This document shows positions 34,182 through 45,815 of a stretch of 64,000 nucleotides of DNA, in pieces. Below the pieces are notes generated by a model that saw nothing but the letters and a program-made list of their open reading frames with translations, did no database searches and was not told where the DNA came from. The first letter of the stretch is position 1. Each line of letters begins with the position of its first letter. The position numbers and the translations under genes were made by a program. The stretch spans positions 63,916 to 127,915 of the forward strand of contig CDMY01000306.1 in the NCBI GenBank assembly GCA_001179505.1, written 5' to 3'. This DNA is from Vitrella brassicaformis CCMP3155 (Eukaryota > Protista > Chromerida).

Positions 34182-35907
34182 ATGGGGAATGATGTGACGG
34201 TGCCCAGCAGCCGGCAGCCCATCCCACCGGCGAGAGGCAACGAGTCGATAGATTTCATCCATCGCGAGGAGCGAGATGCCATCCACGAACACAAGGAGGT
34301 CGGCATCCTCAGATGCACAGCGACATTCCTCAGGCAGATAGACTTCTCGGCCGCCGTCCTCCGCACTCGGCTGGGGCGCTCCCTCGCGGCCAAACAGCCC
34401 GGCGGCATTATCGCATTTGACGCTCAGCTGGAGAGCCCTCTGCTGCTGAAGGCCACCTGGCTGGTGGACACGCAGCAGTGGACCGAGGCGGTCAACGCGC
34501 TGAAGTTGGCGGTGCAGCATGGCTTGTGCACTCTGCCGGTCACTATAAGTTTGGAGGACCTCCAGAGGCACACCACCGAACAGGTGGGCGGGACGGAGGG
34601 GACAGGGGAGGAGGGATGGGTGGTTCAGAGGGTGTGTCTGTTGTTGCAGGCGTATTTGGCTGAGCCGCGTGTTTTGGCGCTGTGGAAGACGGTCGGTCGG
34701 CACGTTAACTTCGGCGGCAACTACGGCCGTTTTGAGCTGTTCGACCAGCCGGGCGGCGGTGTGCGTGCCATCAACGACGAGCCTGGCTTCGAGCTGGACA
34801 TCAACCCCCCCCTCCCCGCCACCCACCCATACCACCCTCACACCATCACCGACAACCCGCCCGTCAGATCCTCAATCCACCTGCAGGGGGGCAGCTGGAC
34901 GGCCGGTGGTGTGATGGCCACTTATGCGTCAATGTCGGCGTTCATCGTGCGCATCATCATGGAGCGTCCACTGGCCAATTTGGGCAAAACTGCTTTTGTT
35001 CACGTGGACCGGTACGAAGCAACACCACACACATATCCATCCGTGGGGGTATCTTCCTTCTGTTCTGTGTTTGCTTCTTCAGGTATGATCATGGTGGCGT
35101 GCTGGACGGCCTCCTCAACCGCTCGCCCCACCAGCCGCCCGGCGGATGCAGAACCATCGTGGCGTTGAGGTGGGACGATATGAATCCCCCTGCAGAGGTT
35201 CGGTTTCTGCTGCTGACGTCGTTCGACATGCCATTCGTCGCATATGTCGATCTCGCCAGCCGTGCCGACATGAAGACAGGCAACAAAGCGATAAGAGGTC
35301 CTCTGTGCTCATTGAGCCAGTGTTTGGCGTGTGCTGTTTCGCTGAATGCAGTGGTCGTCGGTGTCGTCACTACTGAGCCGCCAGTGGGTGATGCGTCGGA
35401 TGCCTTCAAGGACCGCCGGTACTGGTGCGCGGCCTGCTGAGCAACACCATCGCAGACATGGCGCTCAACCAAGAGGAAGAGGAGGAAGACTATGAGGGTG
35501 GGTGAGCAGCCGGCCATCGCGTCTCTGTGTGTCGGATGAATCGGGGTGTGTGTGTGTGTGTGGTGCAGAGGACGGCGCGGACGATGATGGTGACGATGAC
35601 GGCGATAGCGATGAGGGTGAGTGGTGGGGATGTGTGTGTGCGTATGTCGTTGGGCTCATTCGTATGTCTGCTGTGTGTGTGTATCTACGCAGATATGGAT
35701 AGCAATGGCGAGGACGATGGCCAGCAAGAGCAGGAGGACGGTGAGCCAGATCAGAGTGACCCACACGCACTCACTGTGTGCCTTATGGATGGATGGACAT
35801 GAATGTGTCAGAATAGGGTGTGGAGAGGGAGGCCAAGAGAAGGAGGACCGCAGAGTGATCGAGAGGGTCTCACGTGCCGTCAGAGTGTCGTGTGGGTGGT
35901 GCACTGA
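34182..35907 (+). CDS. Lineage-specific hypothetical protein (MGNDVT N-terminus, WLVDTQQWTEA family); net 13-nt deletion near 35420 removes the acidic tail
   Basis: Paralog of 10189-12040. Exon 1 from 34182, second exon RYDHGGVLDGLL...; stop TGA at 35438-35440, while tail exons (EEEEDYEG, EDGADDDGDD) remain recognisable downstream. Confidence 0.72.
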
Positions 35908-36104
35908 TTGAGGATGGACAGGAGGACAACCGTAGACGTGTGCACAGACAGCGAGCGGCCCCTCTGACGCATCCATGCAGTCTTGACACACATCGTACGA
36001 TGGCATTGATGTGTCCATGTGTGTGACGAACCTTTTTTGTGTGTGCATACGAACGGTTCAATTGGTGGTGGCCATGGTTGAACGGCTTTCCGTTTTGGTT
36101 TTCA

Positions 36105-36530
36105 CGTCCACATCAGATCGGTGTGAATGACTGGACGGACTGAGACAGCCATTGACCTGATCCATGGGTGCATAGCGTCAATCAATCACGTGTGTGTGTA
36201 TATTGCCTGTCGGCAATTAAGTGTCCGTCTCTCCTGACTAAACCACACACACACACACACACTCAGCCACGTCCATCGTTTCTTCTGCAGAGGTCACCGA
36301 CATACTCACCCGACCGATATCGATCGCATCCACAGAGAGCGGTCAGATACATATATATGTGTGTGTGTACAGACAGACAGACATCGGTACACATATGGAC
36401 GGTCCCACAGATCGGCCGATCGATCGGTATGGGTACGCACACATGAATAGACCAGCAGTCAATCTCTGCCTTGCTTGGGAGACACACCGACACACCGACC
36501 GACACAAAACAAAACCACGCCAACGCAACG
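36105..36530 (-). repeat. Dispersed ~500 bp non-coding repeat, copy 3 (inverted)
   Basis: Reverse complement of 9515-9990 and 6045-6560. Confidence 0.85.
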
Positions 36531-37394
36531 ATGACCTGTCTGACCATGGCCATGGCTCCCCTCAATCAAGCCAGCAAAACACTCTTACATGTAGTCGTGT
36601 CTGTCTTGTCTGAGCATGTGCCTCCGTCGTGAGACGCACGTCGATGCTCATCGTGCTGGGCGGCTGTTCGTGTATCTGTCGCAGAGGCGTGACCTCACCC
36701 ATGGCCTGGTGTCTCGAGCTAAGACGCCATGGATCAGGTGGCGGCCGGCTCGTTGACACACGAAGAATGACTGACACACGCAGACAGACAGACAGACAGA
36801 GCGGATGGATGGATTGAATGGCGTGAGTGAGTGTCAGGAAGTTTCTGGTGATCGAAATGACGAGTCCGTCAAAGAGACAGTCAGGGCACACGCGGTGCCC
36901 TGTCGGCGGTACATGGACACGCTGCCCTGTCCGGCCAGAGTGACCGCATCTATGGTGTCTCGAGCCGACACACATGAAGGACGAACGACACGCACAGATA
37001 AGACGTATTGATTGGAACCTTAAGGTGTCTCAGCGGTTTTCCTGCTCCGATTGTGTGTTGTGAGTGAACGTCGGGATGCTTTTGATTGATTATCAAAGTG
37101 ATGCGACCTCAGTGGATAAAGGTTGACACGCACACACATGATTGTGTCTGCACATGGACACACATGAGTCATCAGGCCGTCATGCTGTCGGGTCTGAGTC
37201 AGTCGCCAAGAAGGTAGCTACACACTGCGGCCATCAACCATCAGCAATGCTCCTCCTCCTCCGTATACACATACTACCTGCACGGAGCGAAAACAAGGCC
37301 AGCACTGTATTCGCCTCTCTCAGCTGACAAAGCTCTGCTGGTGTAGTGTTGTCTCACGCCTCTGCCGCAGCCCATATGGTGCCGTCAGATCCGC

Positions 37395-39403
37395 TCAGCC
37401 GCTCCTCACCTGCACACACACACACGCAGCGCTGACCACAGCCAGGCATCTGTATGTGCCCTCCCTTACCCCCCACACACCCACCTGCCACACCTCCATC
37501 TCATCGCACGTGAAGTCCCTGGACTGCGCCAGTCTGCCGTTGCCCTGCTCGTTGGTCGTCCCCTTGTAGCCCTCTGACAGATCCGCCTTGCTGATCCACT
37601 GCTGGCAGCTACTGAGGTCGGCCGCCGGACCAGGCACGGCGAAACCGAGCCAGAGATAGCCGCGGCCGATGTACACGTTGGCGAGCGGCTCGTCCTTCTT
37701 GTTCTTGACCACCCCCTGTGTGCCGGCCACGTCCACCCACTGCCTGTCCTCGGGCAGCTCGATCTTGGTCGGCGTCTCGTACGCACCCGACATCGAAAAG
37801 AAGAAGACGGGCACGTTGTAGTAGTTGGCCTTTGTGGGGTCCTCGGGCGGTGTGAGTGGGCCGTCGATGAAGCAGCCAAATCGGTGTGTGTTGCCGTCGC
37901 GGAGGGCGAAGAGCAGGCCGCTCTTGCCGGTGACCTTGTTGAGGAAGGAGGGGTACTCAAATGTGTCACGGCTCGACCTGATATCGACATGAGCAGAGAG
38001 GAGTGGTCTCGGCCTGTCATCTGCCTCTGGCGCGTGAGTGCTTCATCTCACTTGTACAGCAGCGATGGCGCCACAGCGATCTTCTTGTCCGTCATCTTCA
38101 TCACCGCCAGCCACTGGTCGGCCGTCTGGATCACAGCGGACGCCGCCGCCGCCTCACCGACAAGCGGCACCGTGTTGAGGCCGTACATGCCCAACTCGAC
38201 GGCGAACATCTCCTTCTCGTGCGGCGCCACCACCGGCGGGTGCACGAACCGGCCGGGCATAACGGTCAGGCGGCGCGCGAAATCGACGATGAGCTGCAGG
38301 AACTTGAGCGATGTCTGGCGGGCCTCCTGGTCGGGCCACTCGTCGCTGAAGAATCACACGCACACACACCCCACACACACAGACACATAGGACACCACAC
38401 AAGATCCCCAGCCTTACAGTCCTTACGGATTGTATCGCTTGACGAGTGCATGGCTCGCTCCGAGTGGTGCGATGGTGCGGCGGAGGACCGACACCTTGTC
38501 CTCATACACCGTCAGCGTCAACACCTCGATATCCTCATCGCTACTCGGCCCCTTGACGAACGGCCGCATCGCCGACAGGAAGGCCTCCATGGCCTCCTTC
38601 TGCTTCTGCAGCCCCTCACGCACGCGGCGGCAGGTCCTCATGTACCGCTCGATCCTCTCAAACGCCTTGTCTATGCCCACCCCCTGTCTACCCTCACCAC
38701 GTCCCTCACCCTCACCCTCCACCGCACCACCGTTGCCGTCGGCCATCTCCACATCCTGCTGCTCGCCTCCCCCTCCACCCGCCGCTGCTGCTGCTGCTGC
38801 CGATGCACCAGGCGCCCGCCGCTGCCCCTGGATGTCGCCGCCCAGCTTCTTTGTGATGAACAGCGAATGGTACTCGGCATATGATGGGTCGTCGGCCTCC
38901 GGCGAGTGGAGGGTGATCTCGTCGAGGTGGCGGCTCTCCAGGAGCGCCAGCTGGTCACGCAGCCAGCGGAAGTAGGGCGGGTGTGCCTCGAGGAATGGCA
39001 GATTGTTGGTGTCCTTGGGCAGCTGGTCAGTGAAGTGCAGCAGCAGAGTCGAGAGGTACGTGAGCTTCATCTTGGGATGGAGGAGTCCTGTCATGGGGAT
39101 CGACATGACGGTGCCGCCGACGTTGAGCTGCATGCGGTCCTCTGTCTGCTGCGGTTCGATGGTGCCTCCATTGGCCGTGATGAGCTGCTTGATGCTCGCA
39201 GCCAGCGCCTTGATCTCGCCGTCAGCTTGATGCATGGCCGTCTTCGTGGCCGACCCCAGCCCGTCTACTGCATTGGCCGCCTCCTTCACGAGCGCATCGC
39301 CCTCCTCACGGCCACTCGTCACGCTGTGGAGCTGCGATGGGGCGGCGATGGACTCACCACCGGCTGCGCTGCCATCGTTGTTCTTGCGTTTCTTTGGCGC
39401 CAT
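37395..39403 (-). CDS. BTB-BTB-TLDc protein, subfamily A copy 2 (intact)
   Basis: Exons 39403-38427, 38345-38052, 37977 into TLDc, terminal VRSG* exon at 37409-37395; close paralog of 6796-8863. Confidence 0.88.
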
Positions 39404-39577
39404 CAATGCTCACGGCAGCGGTTTCAGGGCACCCACGAATTGCGAGCTTTGCCTTGGCGACCCCAGGGGGTGTTCGTTCGTTCTGAGCCGGCTCATTTTG
39501 CTCATCTGAGTGCTCATCATCGAGATCTGAAAGCTCATTATCGACATCTCATCCCTTCATCCAAGCCATCCAAGCGG

Positions 39578-40264
39578 ATGCATCACCAACGCTATCCATC
39601 CTACCCATCCGACGAGCCGCACGGCTCAGGCTACCACGATGACCGTCACGGCGACGCCGCCTTCTACCCTGTCCCCCCTCCCCGCCCTCCACCTCCCAGG
39701 AACGACCACCACTACCACCAGCCATACCACCACAACAACAGCCACGAGGTCTACAGGCCTACGCCTCGCCAGCAGCCGGAGGAGCGGCAGTGGACACCTC
39801 GCGGCAGCCGGGGGTCTGACAGCTACCCACACAGCCGGCCTGACAGCCGGTCCAATACATCCGAGTTCGGAGACCTGCTGGGCGGTGCGGCCAAGTTCTT
39901 CTCGTCAGTGGTGCTGGTGGAGGAGCTGGACAAGAAGATCATCGTGCTGCTGCGGGACGGCCGCAAGCTGATCGGCTACCTGCGCTCGTTCGACCAGTGG
40001 GGCAACCTGGTGCTGGAAGACGCGCGGGAGCGGTACATTGCCGAGGGCAGGTACTACGCCGACGTGTACTTGGGTGTGATGATTGTGCGCGGCGACAATA
40101 TGGTACTGTTTGGCGCGCTCGACGACACGCAGGAGAGTGCGCTTGAGGAGAAGCTGCTGCGAGAGGTGCTGGAGATGCAGCAGAGGGAGGAGGAGGCCAA
40201 CCGGCAGAAGGGCGTGCACGAGAAAGGGGCCAGGGAGGGAGAGGCATTCGCGGATGACTTCTGA
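39578..40264 (+). CDS. LSM1: Sm-like protein LSm1 with ~100-aa His/Pro/Tyr/Arg-rich N-terminal extension; no intron
   Basis: VEELDKKIIVLLRDGRKLIGYLRSFDQWGNLVLEDARERY..GVMIVRGDNMVLFG matches the LSm1-type Sm1/Sm2 motifs, followed by a helical C-terminal tail. Confidence 0.9.
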   Translation: MHHQRYPSYPSDEPHGSGYHDDRHGDAAFYPVPPPRPPPPRNDHHYHQPYHHNNSHEVYRPTPRQQPEERQWTPRGSRGSDSYPHSRPDSRSNTSEFGDLLGGAAKFFSSVVLVEELDKKIIVLLRDGRKLIGYLRSFDQWGNLVLEDARERYIAEGRYYADVYLGVMIVRGDNMVLFGALDDTQESALEEKLLREVLEMQQREEEANRQKGVHEKGAREGEAFADDF

Positions 40265-40637
40265 CTGACTGACTGACTGGGTTGCGATTGTGGTGGGTTG
40301 GTTGGATGGCTGGCTGCACATGGGTTGATCAGACATGACATGTATGTCATCATCACACGAACGAACGGACGAATGAATGAATGAATGTGTCGTGTACCGT
40401 AGACGTGCAGGCAAATCGATACAGTCAGTCAGTCAAAGAATGGCATGTGACAGCTTTGAAAGAGCGGGTGGGCCTCTGCTCTGTCTGCTCTGTGCGATCA
40501 CCTCAACACATCCGCCACCTGCACCACACCAACACAGAGAGAAGAGGGAAGCGCCTCCCTATCAGCTGACACAGCGCCTCGCTGTTTTGCAAATATACCT
40601 GCTGCCCGGTCGCGTGGTGGGTCGACGTCAGATATGG

Positions 40638-42691
40638 TCAGCCAGTGGCAATCTGCACATTCATCCATCCATCCATAGACACGCAGATGGACACTTCCAC
40701 AGAGATGAGTGTGGGGTGGCCACCCACCTGCCAGATTTCCATCTCGGTGCAGGTGAAGTTCATGAACTGGGCCAAAGTGCCGTAGCTGCCCCTTCGGCCC
40801 CTGTACCCCTCCGAAAGGCACTCCTTCTCCATGCCCTGGTAGCACCGACTGAGGTAAGCCGCCGGACCAGGCACGGCGAGACCTAACCACAGATAGCCGC
40901 GAGCGATGCAGATATTGGCGAGCGGCTCGCCATTGCGGTAGGTCACCGCCCCCTGTGTGCCGGCCACCGTCACCCTCTGCCTCTCCTCAGGTATCTCGAT
41001 CTTGGTCGGCGTCTCGTACGCACCCGAGAGCGAAAAGAAGAAGACGGGCACCTTGTAGATGTTGGTCTGTGTAGGGTCGGCGGGTGGTGTGAGTGGGCCG
41101 TCGATGAAGCAGCCGAATCGGTGAGTGCGGCCATGTTTGATGGCGAAGAGGAGGCCGCTCTTGCCCTCGACACACTCGAGCATCTTGGGGAAGGCATACG
41201 TGTCACGACTGCCCCTGATGGACGACACACAACACACACACACAGACACCCGAAGGCAGATCTTCCAGGGCCCCCTCGCTGCTGTCTGTGTGTGTGTTGC
41301 TCGCTGACTTGTATAAGAGTGACGCCATTGGTGAGGTCTTGCCCGTCATCTTGAGCACCTCGCCCCACTCCTCGGCCGTCTCGATGACCAAGTTGCCCCC
41401 CGCCAGGCCGCTGAAGAAGGGCTCGTACTTCAGCCCATACATCTCAGTGTCCGTCCGAATCTGCTTGGTTCTGGTCGATGTGGGCGGCCTCACCAAAGTA
41501 CCGGGCGGTGCGATGCGACGGCGGCGGGCGAAGTCGGTGACCTTCATGAAATGGTCAGGGCGGATGGAACTCACAGGCGCACCGCTGCAGACACAAGAGA
41601 AGGACACAGACATGGCGATTGTGCCTCTCCCGCCCATCTGTCTGGTGTTGTGTTGCCCACCTGTGGAACGTCCTGTAGAGTCGTTTGTCAGTGCCGATGG
41701 ATGCCAGTGTGGCCTCGGTGGTCGACACCGTCTTGCCCAGGACGCGCAGGCTCTTTATCTCATCCCCTTGCCCTCCCTGCCCCCCCTCAGTCGCCAGCAG
41801 CGGCTTGACAAGCTTGTGGAAGTTGAGCAGGGCCCGCTACACTTCGCCCAGCCGACCCAATGACGCATCCAGGCTTGCAGTGCTGCTCTTGAGTGCCGCC
41901 ATGTGGTCGCTAGCCCCCTCCTGCTCCCCTGCCGGCTCCCCCTTTTCCTCACTTGCCGCCTCTCCCGCCTGCTGCTGCTGCTGCTGCTGGTTGTCCACCT
42001 CCATGTGGTCGTCATCGTCGTTGTGTGGCGGCGGGTCTGTGGGCCTGTCGACGTCGAGGCCGGTCTTGGTGGCGAAGAGGAGATGATGCCAGGAGACCGA
42101 TGAGCTGTCGGTGTCGTGTGGAGGGGTCAGGACGATCTCATGGCTCTCGCCCTGCGCATCGGCCACGCCGACGTCGGTGATCTCATTGAACAGCCTGACG
42201 CCAACAGATACGACAAACCGCACTGTCTGCGAGTTCGTCTCCCCTCTCCCCCCACTCCCAACTGACCACTCCAGGTAGACGGGGTCAGCGTCGAGGAATG
42301 GCCGGCCGTCCTTGTCCTTCGGCAGCCCATCCAGATGGTACAGCAGCAGATAGGCGATGATGCTCTCACTCACGCCGGGCAGCAGCAGCGGCTTGCGTGG
42401 CACACACAGCACCGTCCCGCCCACGTTGACCTCTATCTCCTCACTCAACGGGCCTGTCACACTCGGCTGCGCGGCATTGGTCGTAATCAGGTCCTTGATC
42501 GTCTTGGCTTGCTGCCGCAGCTTCTTGCGCATCTGTTTGGCCGACTGCTCGATGGCGGCGAGTGCCTCGTCGGCCTCCTTGAACAGCGCGTCGACTGATG
42601 CCCTCCCGATGAATGGGAGCGGCTCAAACTCATCGCTGTCGTCGGCAGGCGACTCCGGCGGCTCCTCCACCTTGCGCTTCTTCGCAAACAT
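40638..42691 (-). pseudogene. BTB-BTB-TLDc protein, subfamily B copy 2, premature TAG
   Basis: GAA GTG TAG CGG at 41837-41839 where copy 1 has GAG GTG CAG CGG; otherwise colinear to IATG*. Confidence 0.82.
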
Positions 42692-42876
42692 CACGCTCGT
42701 TTGCCTCCAGCTGGCGATCCACTCAAAGCTCGCAATCGCCGCGAGGAGCACATTCCCTCTCCCCCGGAAAGGGCAAGAAAAGAAGGCACTGTGATCCTTC
42801 TGTCATCCAGTCATATCTTCCTGTTAAGATGACCATCTCTCTTCAGCTCCTTTGAGTCATCCAGACAGAGCAGCCG

Positions 42877-44560
42877 ATGATGCGTCGCCAGGCTGGCAGA
42901 TCTGTCGTTCGCATCCCGCTGGCTCGGCTGGCCCTCCCCCAGTGCGGCCGCCAGCTGCACACATCAGCATGTCGCCTGCAGGAAGAGGACTCATGGGGTC
43001 AGTCTGTCAGAGGAGAGAGAGCCAACCACACACACAAAACACACAGCCACTTATCAACACCAGCAGCAGTGTGTTGCACTGCACTGGTCTCTGTGTGTCT
43101 GTGTGTTGCACTGCGCTGCATTGCAGAGAATCCCAAGTGGAAGAAGCGCCAGACGTACTTCGACCTGAAGAACTTCCGCAAGAACCTGGTGCGGCAGAAG
43201 CAGTTTGAGGAGTTCAACGAGGAGGCGCACCTCAAGAAGGCCTACGCAAAACCGCCGCCGGGTGTGGTGCGCACTGCACTCGTGCTCTTCCTTGTTCGTG
43301 TGTCTGTCTGTGTGTGGATTGTGGGTGTAAGGTAATCGTGTGTGTGTGTCAGATGGTTGGGGCGTGTTGGAGTTCCTGCAGGCCATTCCGATCGAGGAGA
43401 ATGCCGAGGAGATCGCCGCTGCCTTCCCGACCTGGAATGACTTCATCGGTGCCCACTGGGAGGTAAGCCGGACCGGTCGGTCGATCAGCCACACTCACGC
43501 AGACAGACACTCAGACGTATACGGCCGCATTTGTGTGTGTGTGTGTGTGTATGCTGGCTGCCATTCACTCACTGCTCAGGAGCTGTACAAGATCGAGGTG
43601 CTGACCCCTCACCAGAGGCGCGCCATATGGAAGAAGATAAAGTGAGCAAACCAACTCAACCATCAGCCACCACGTCTGGTGTGTGTGACAATGATATGAG
43701 GGATGTGGTCGGTGTGTCAGCCTGTACAACCATGGCCTGTGGCCGCCAACTGCCGACAAGACCGAATACTTCGAGCGATTCAAGGTGCCTCACACGCTGG
43801 TGTTGATCCAAATCGCATTCTCTCTCTGATTCGTGTGTTGTCACCCAGGGCAAGCCATTGGCGAATGCCGGCAAGGAGTGGACGGAATCGGATGACGCCA
43901 AGCTGCTGGAACTGGCAGAGTACTATGACGTCAACTTTGGCGGTGAGCTGGGGGAGAGATGAGACGACACAACGCACACACACACGGACAGCAAGACACA
44001 GACAATTCAGAGCTGGTGGTTGGCTGGGTGTATGTTTGTGTCGTCAGATCCGTGGCTGTACATCTCTTGGGACATGCAGCGGACGGCCGACGAGGTGCGC
44101 GACAGATACGTCGACATCGCCGTCATTTCCAAAGTCAGTCAGTGAGCTGTCCTGCCCTCCCTTCCACACACTCATATTTCCTCCATCCATCCATCCAGCT
44201 GTCTGTGCCCTCCTCTGTCTGTCTGTGTGTGTCGATCAGAACCGCAGCCGTGAGTGCGAGCTGGCCATCACCAAGTCGTCCCGGCCGCTGCTCATGACGC
44301 GTTACTTCAAGATGGACCCCCCCTTCCTCTACATCGTCCCCTCAGAGGACAACTTCCCTCTGGCGCCGATGAACTTCTCCCTCAGCGCCAAGCTTGTCAA
44401 GTACCGACGGGCTGAGTGCTTCGCGCCACATGGCCGGAGGGAGAGGGAGAGGGAGGGTGTGAGCGAGTTTGACATAGGGGGGAAGCGACGAGAGGTGATG
44501 GCTGACAAGGAGGAGGGGGCGGGGGGTGAGGGGAAGACACTGGCAGAGATGCAGACTTAG
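42877..44560 (+). CDS. Probable mitochondrial protein with a SAM-like (IGR/FYV4, mS41-type) segment and a Myb/SANT-like repeat
   Basis: Arg-rich presequence ending RQLHTSACRL; VLEFLQAIPIEENAEEIAAAFPTWNDFI..ELYKIEVLTPHQRRAIWKKI; WTESDDAKLLELAEYY..PWLYISWDMQRTADEVRDRY; eight exons. Confidence 0.55.
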
Positions 44561-44982
44561 CTGGCGCTGGTTTGAGTGCATGGGAAGGGCTGGGCTGGCT
44601 GACACTTGACGGGTGCGGTTTGTTTGGCGCTTTGCTGCAATCAATCAGTGTGTTTGCCTCTGTCTTAACGCCCACAGGCCACTAGGTACTCACAACACAC
44701 ACAACATACACACGTGTGTGTCCGTCTGTCTGTCTATGCCACACCGCCACTCGACTCGACTCGTCCACGCACTCACCACACACACCATAATGTGAAAAAT
44801 GCCTATGTAGATCGCAGGCACACACACACACACACACACAGTCAGACGCGCCCGCCACGAACACACTCCCTACTAGCTAAACCCACCCACACCAGCCACA
44901 CCACCCACTGCACACACTGTCAGGCCACATCGCTCCCCCGCCCCCGCCCCCATCATGCATATATCAGGGTGCATCCATCTCC

Positions 44983-45781
44983 TCACTCACTCTCTGCTTC
45001 TGCCGCATCGCCGGCATCATTCTCCGCCTCCCTCTCCCTCTGCTGCTGCTGCGTCATGTGTAGCCTGTGGGCCCGCTGGATGGCGTCGAGCGTGTGGAAG
45101 GCCTCGGGGCAGCTGAAGGTCTCGTTGAAGAGGTCGGACAGGAAGCGGCGGAGGGGCAGGGGGTAGCGGTAGAGATTCTTCAGCTTCCTGTGAGTGGGAT
45201 GGGCGGCATGGCCACAGGGAGGTGCACACAAAAGAAGACAAGACAAGGAGGGAGGGATGATGTGTGTGATGTGACACACACATGGATGGGACGGGGATGG
45301 GGATGTGGGTGTGTGGTGCCTTCCTGCCTTGCTTACTGCACTCGCATCCACAGGTGGATCGAGAGAAACAGGTAGGGCGCCGACTGCCTGCATACGCAAT
45401 CAATGCACCCCGGTGAGGTGGGGTGGGCAGAGAGAGAGAGACCACACAGACAGACAGACAGACAGACAGCTTTTGTTCGGTGGGTGGACAATCGCAATCG
45501 CTGTTGATGTGCCTCTTGTCTTGTAAGTCAGTAAGCACCTCTTCTTGACGAGCGCTGCGTGGACGGACTTGGCCACCACCGTGTTGCACAGAGACGCTGT
45601 CTGCACACACACACACACAGCTGGCTGGCTGGATGGATGGATGCGCTGCGCACCTCACCTGCTCGAGAACCTCCCTGTGTGTCTCGCCGAAGTCGGTGAA
45701 CCTCGCACGCAAGTCGTCCTCAGAGTCTTCTCGCGTCAGCCCATGTTGCTGCTGCTGCTGCTGTTGCGCCTACACCGAAGA

Positions 45782-45815
<34 letters not shown>

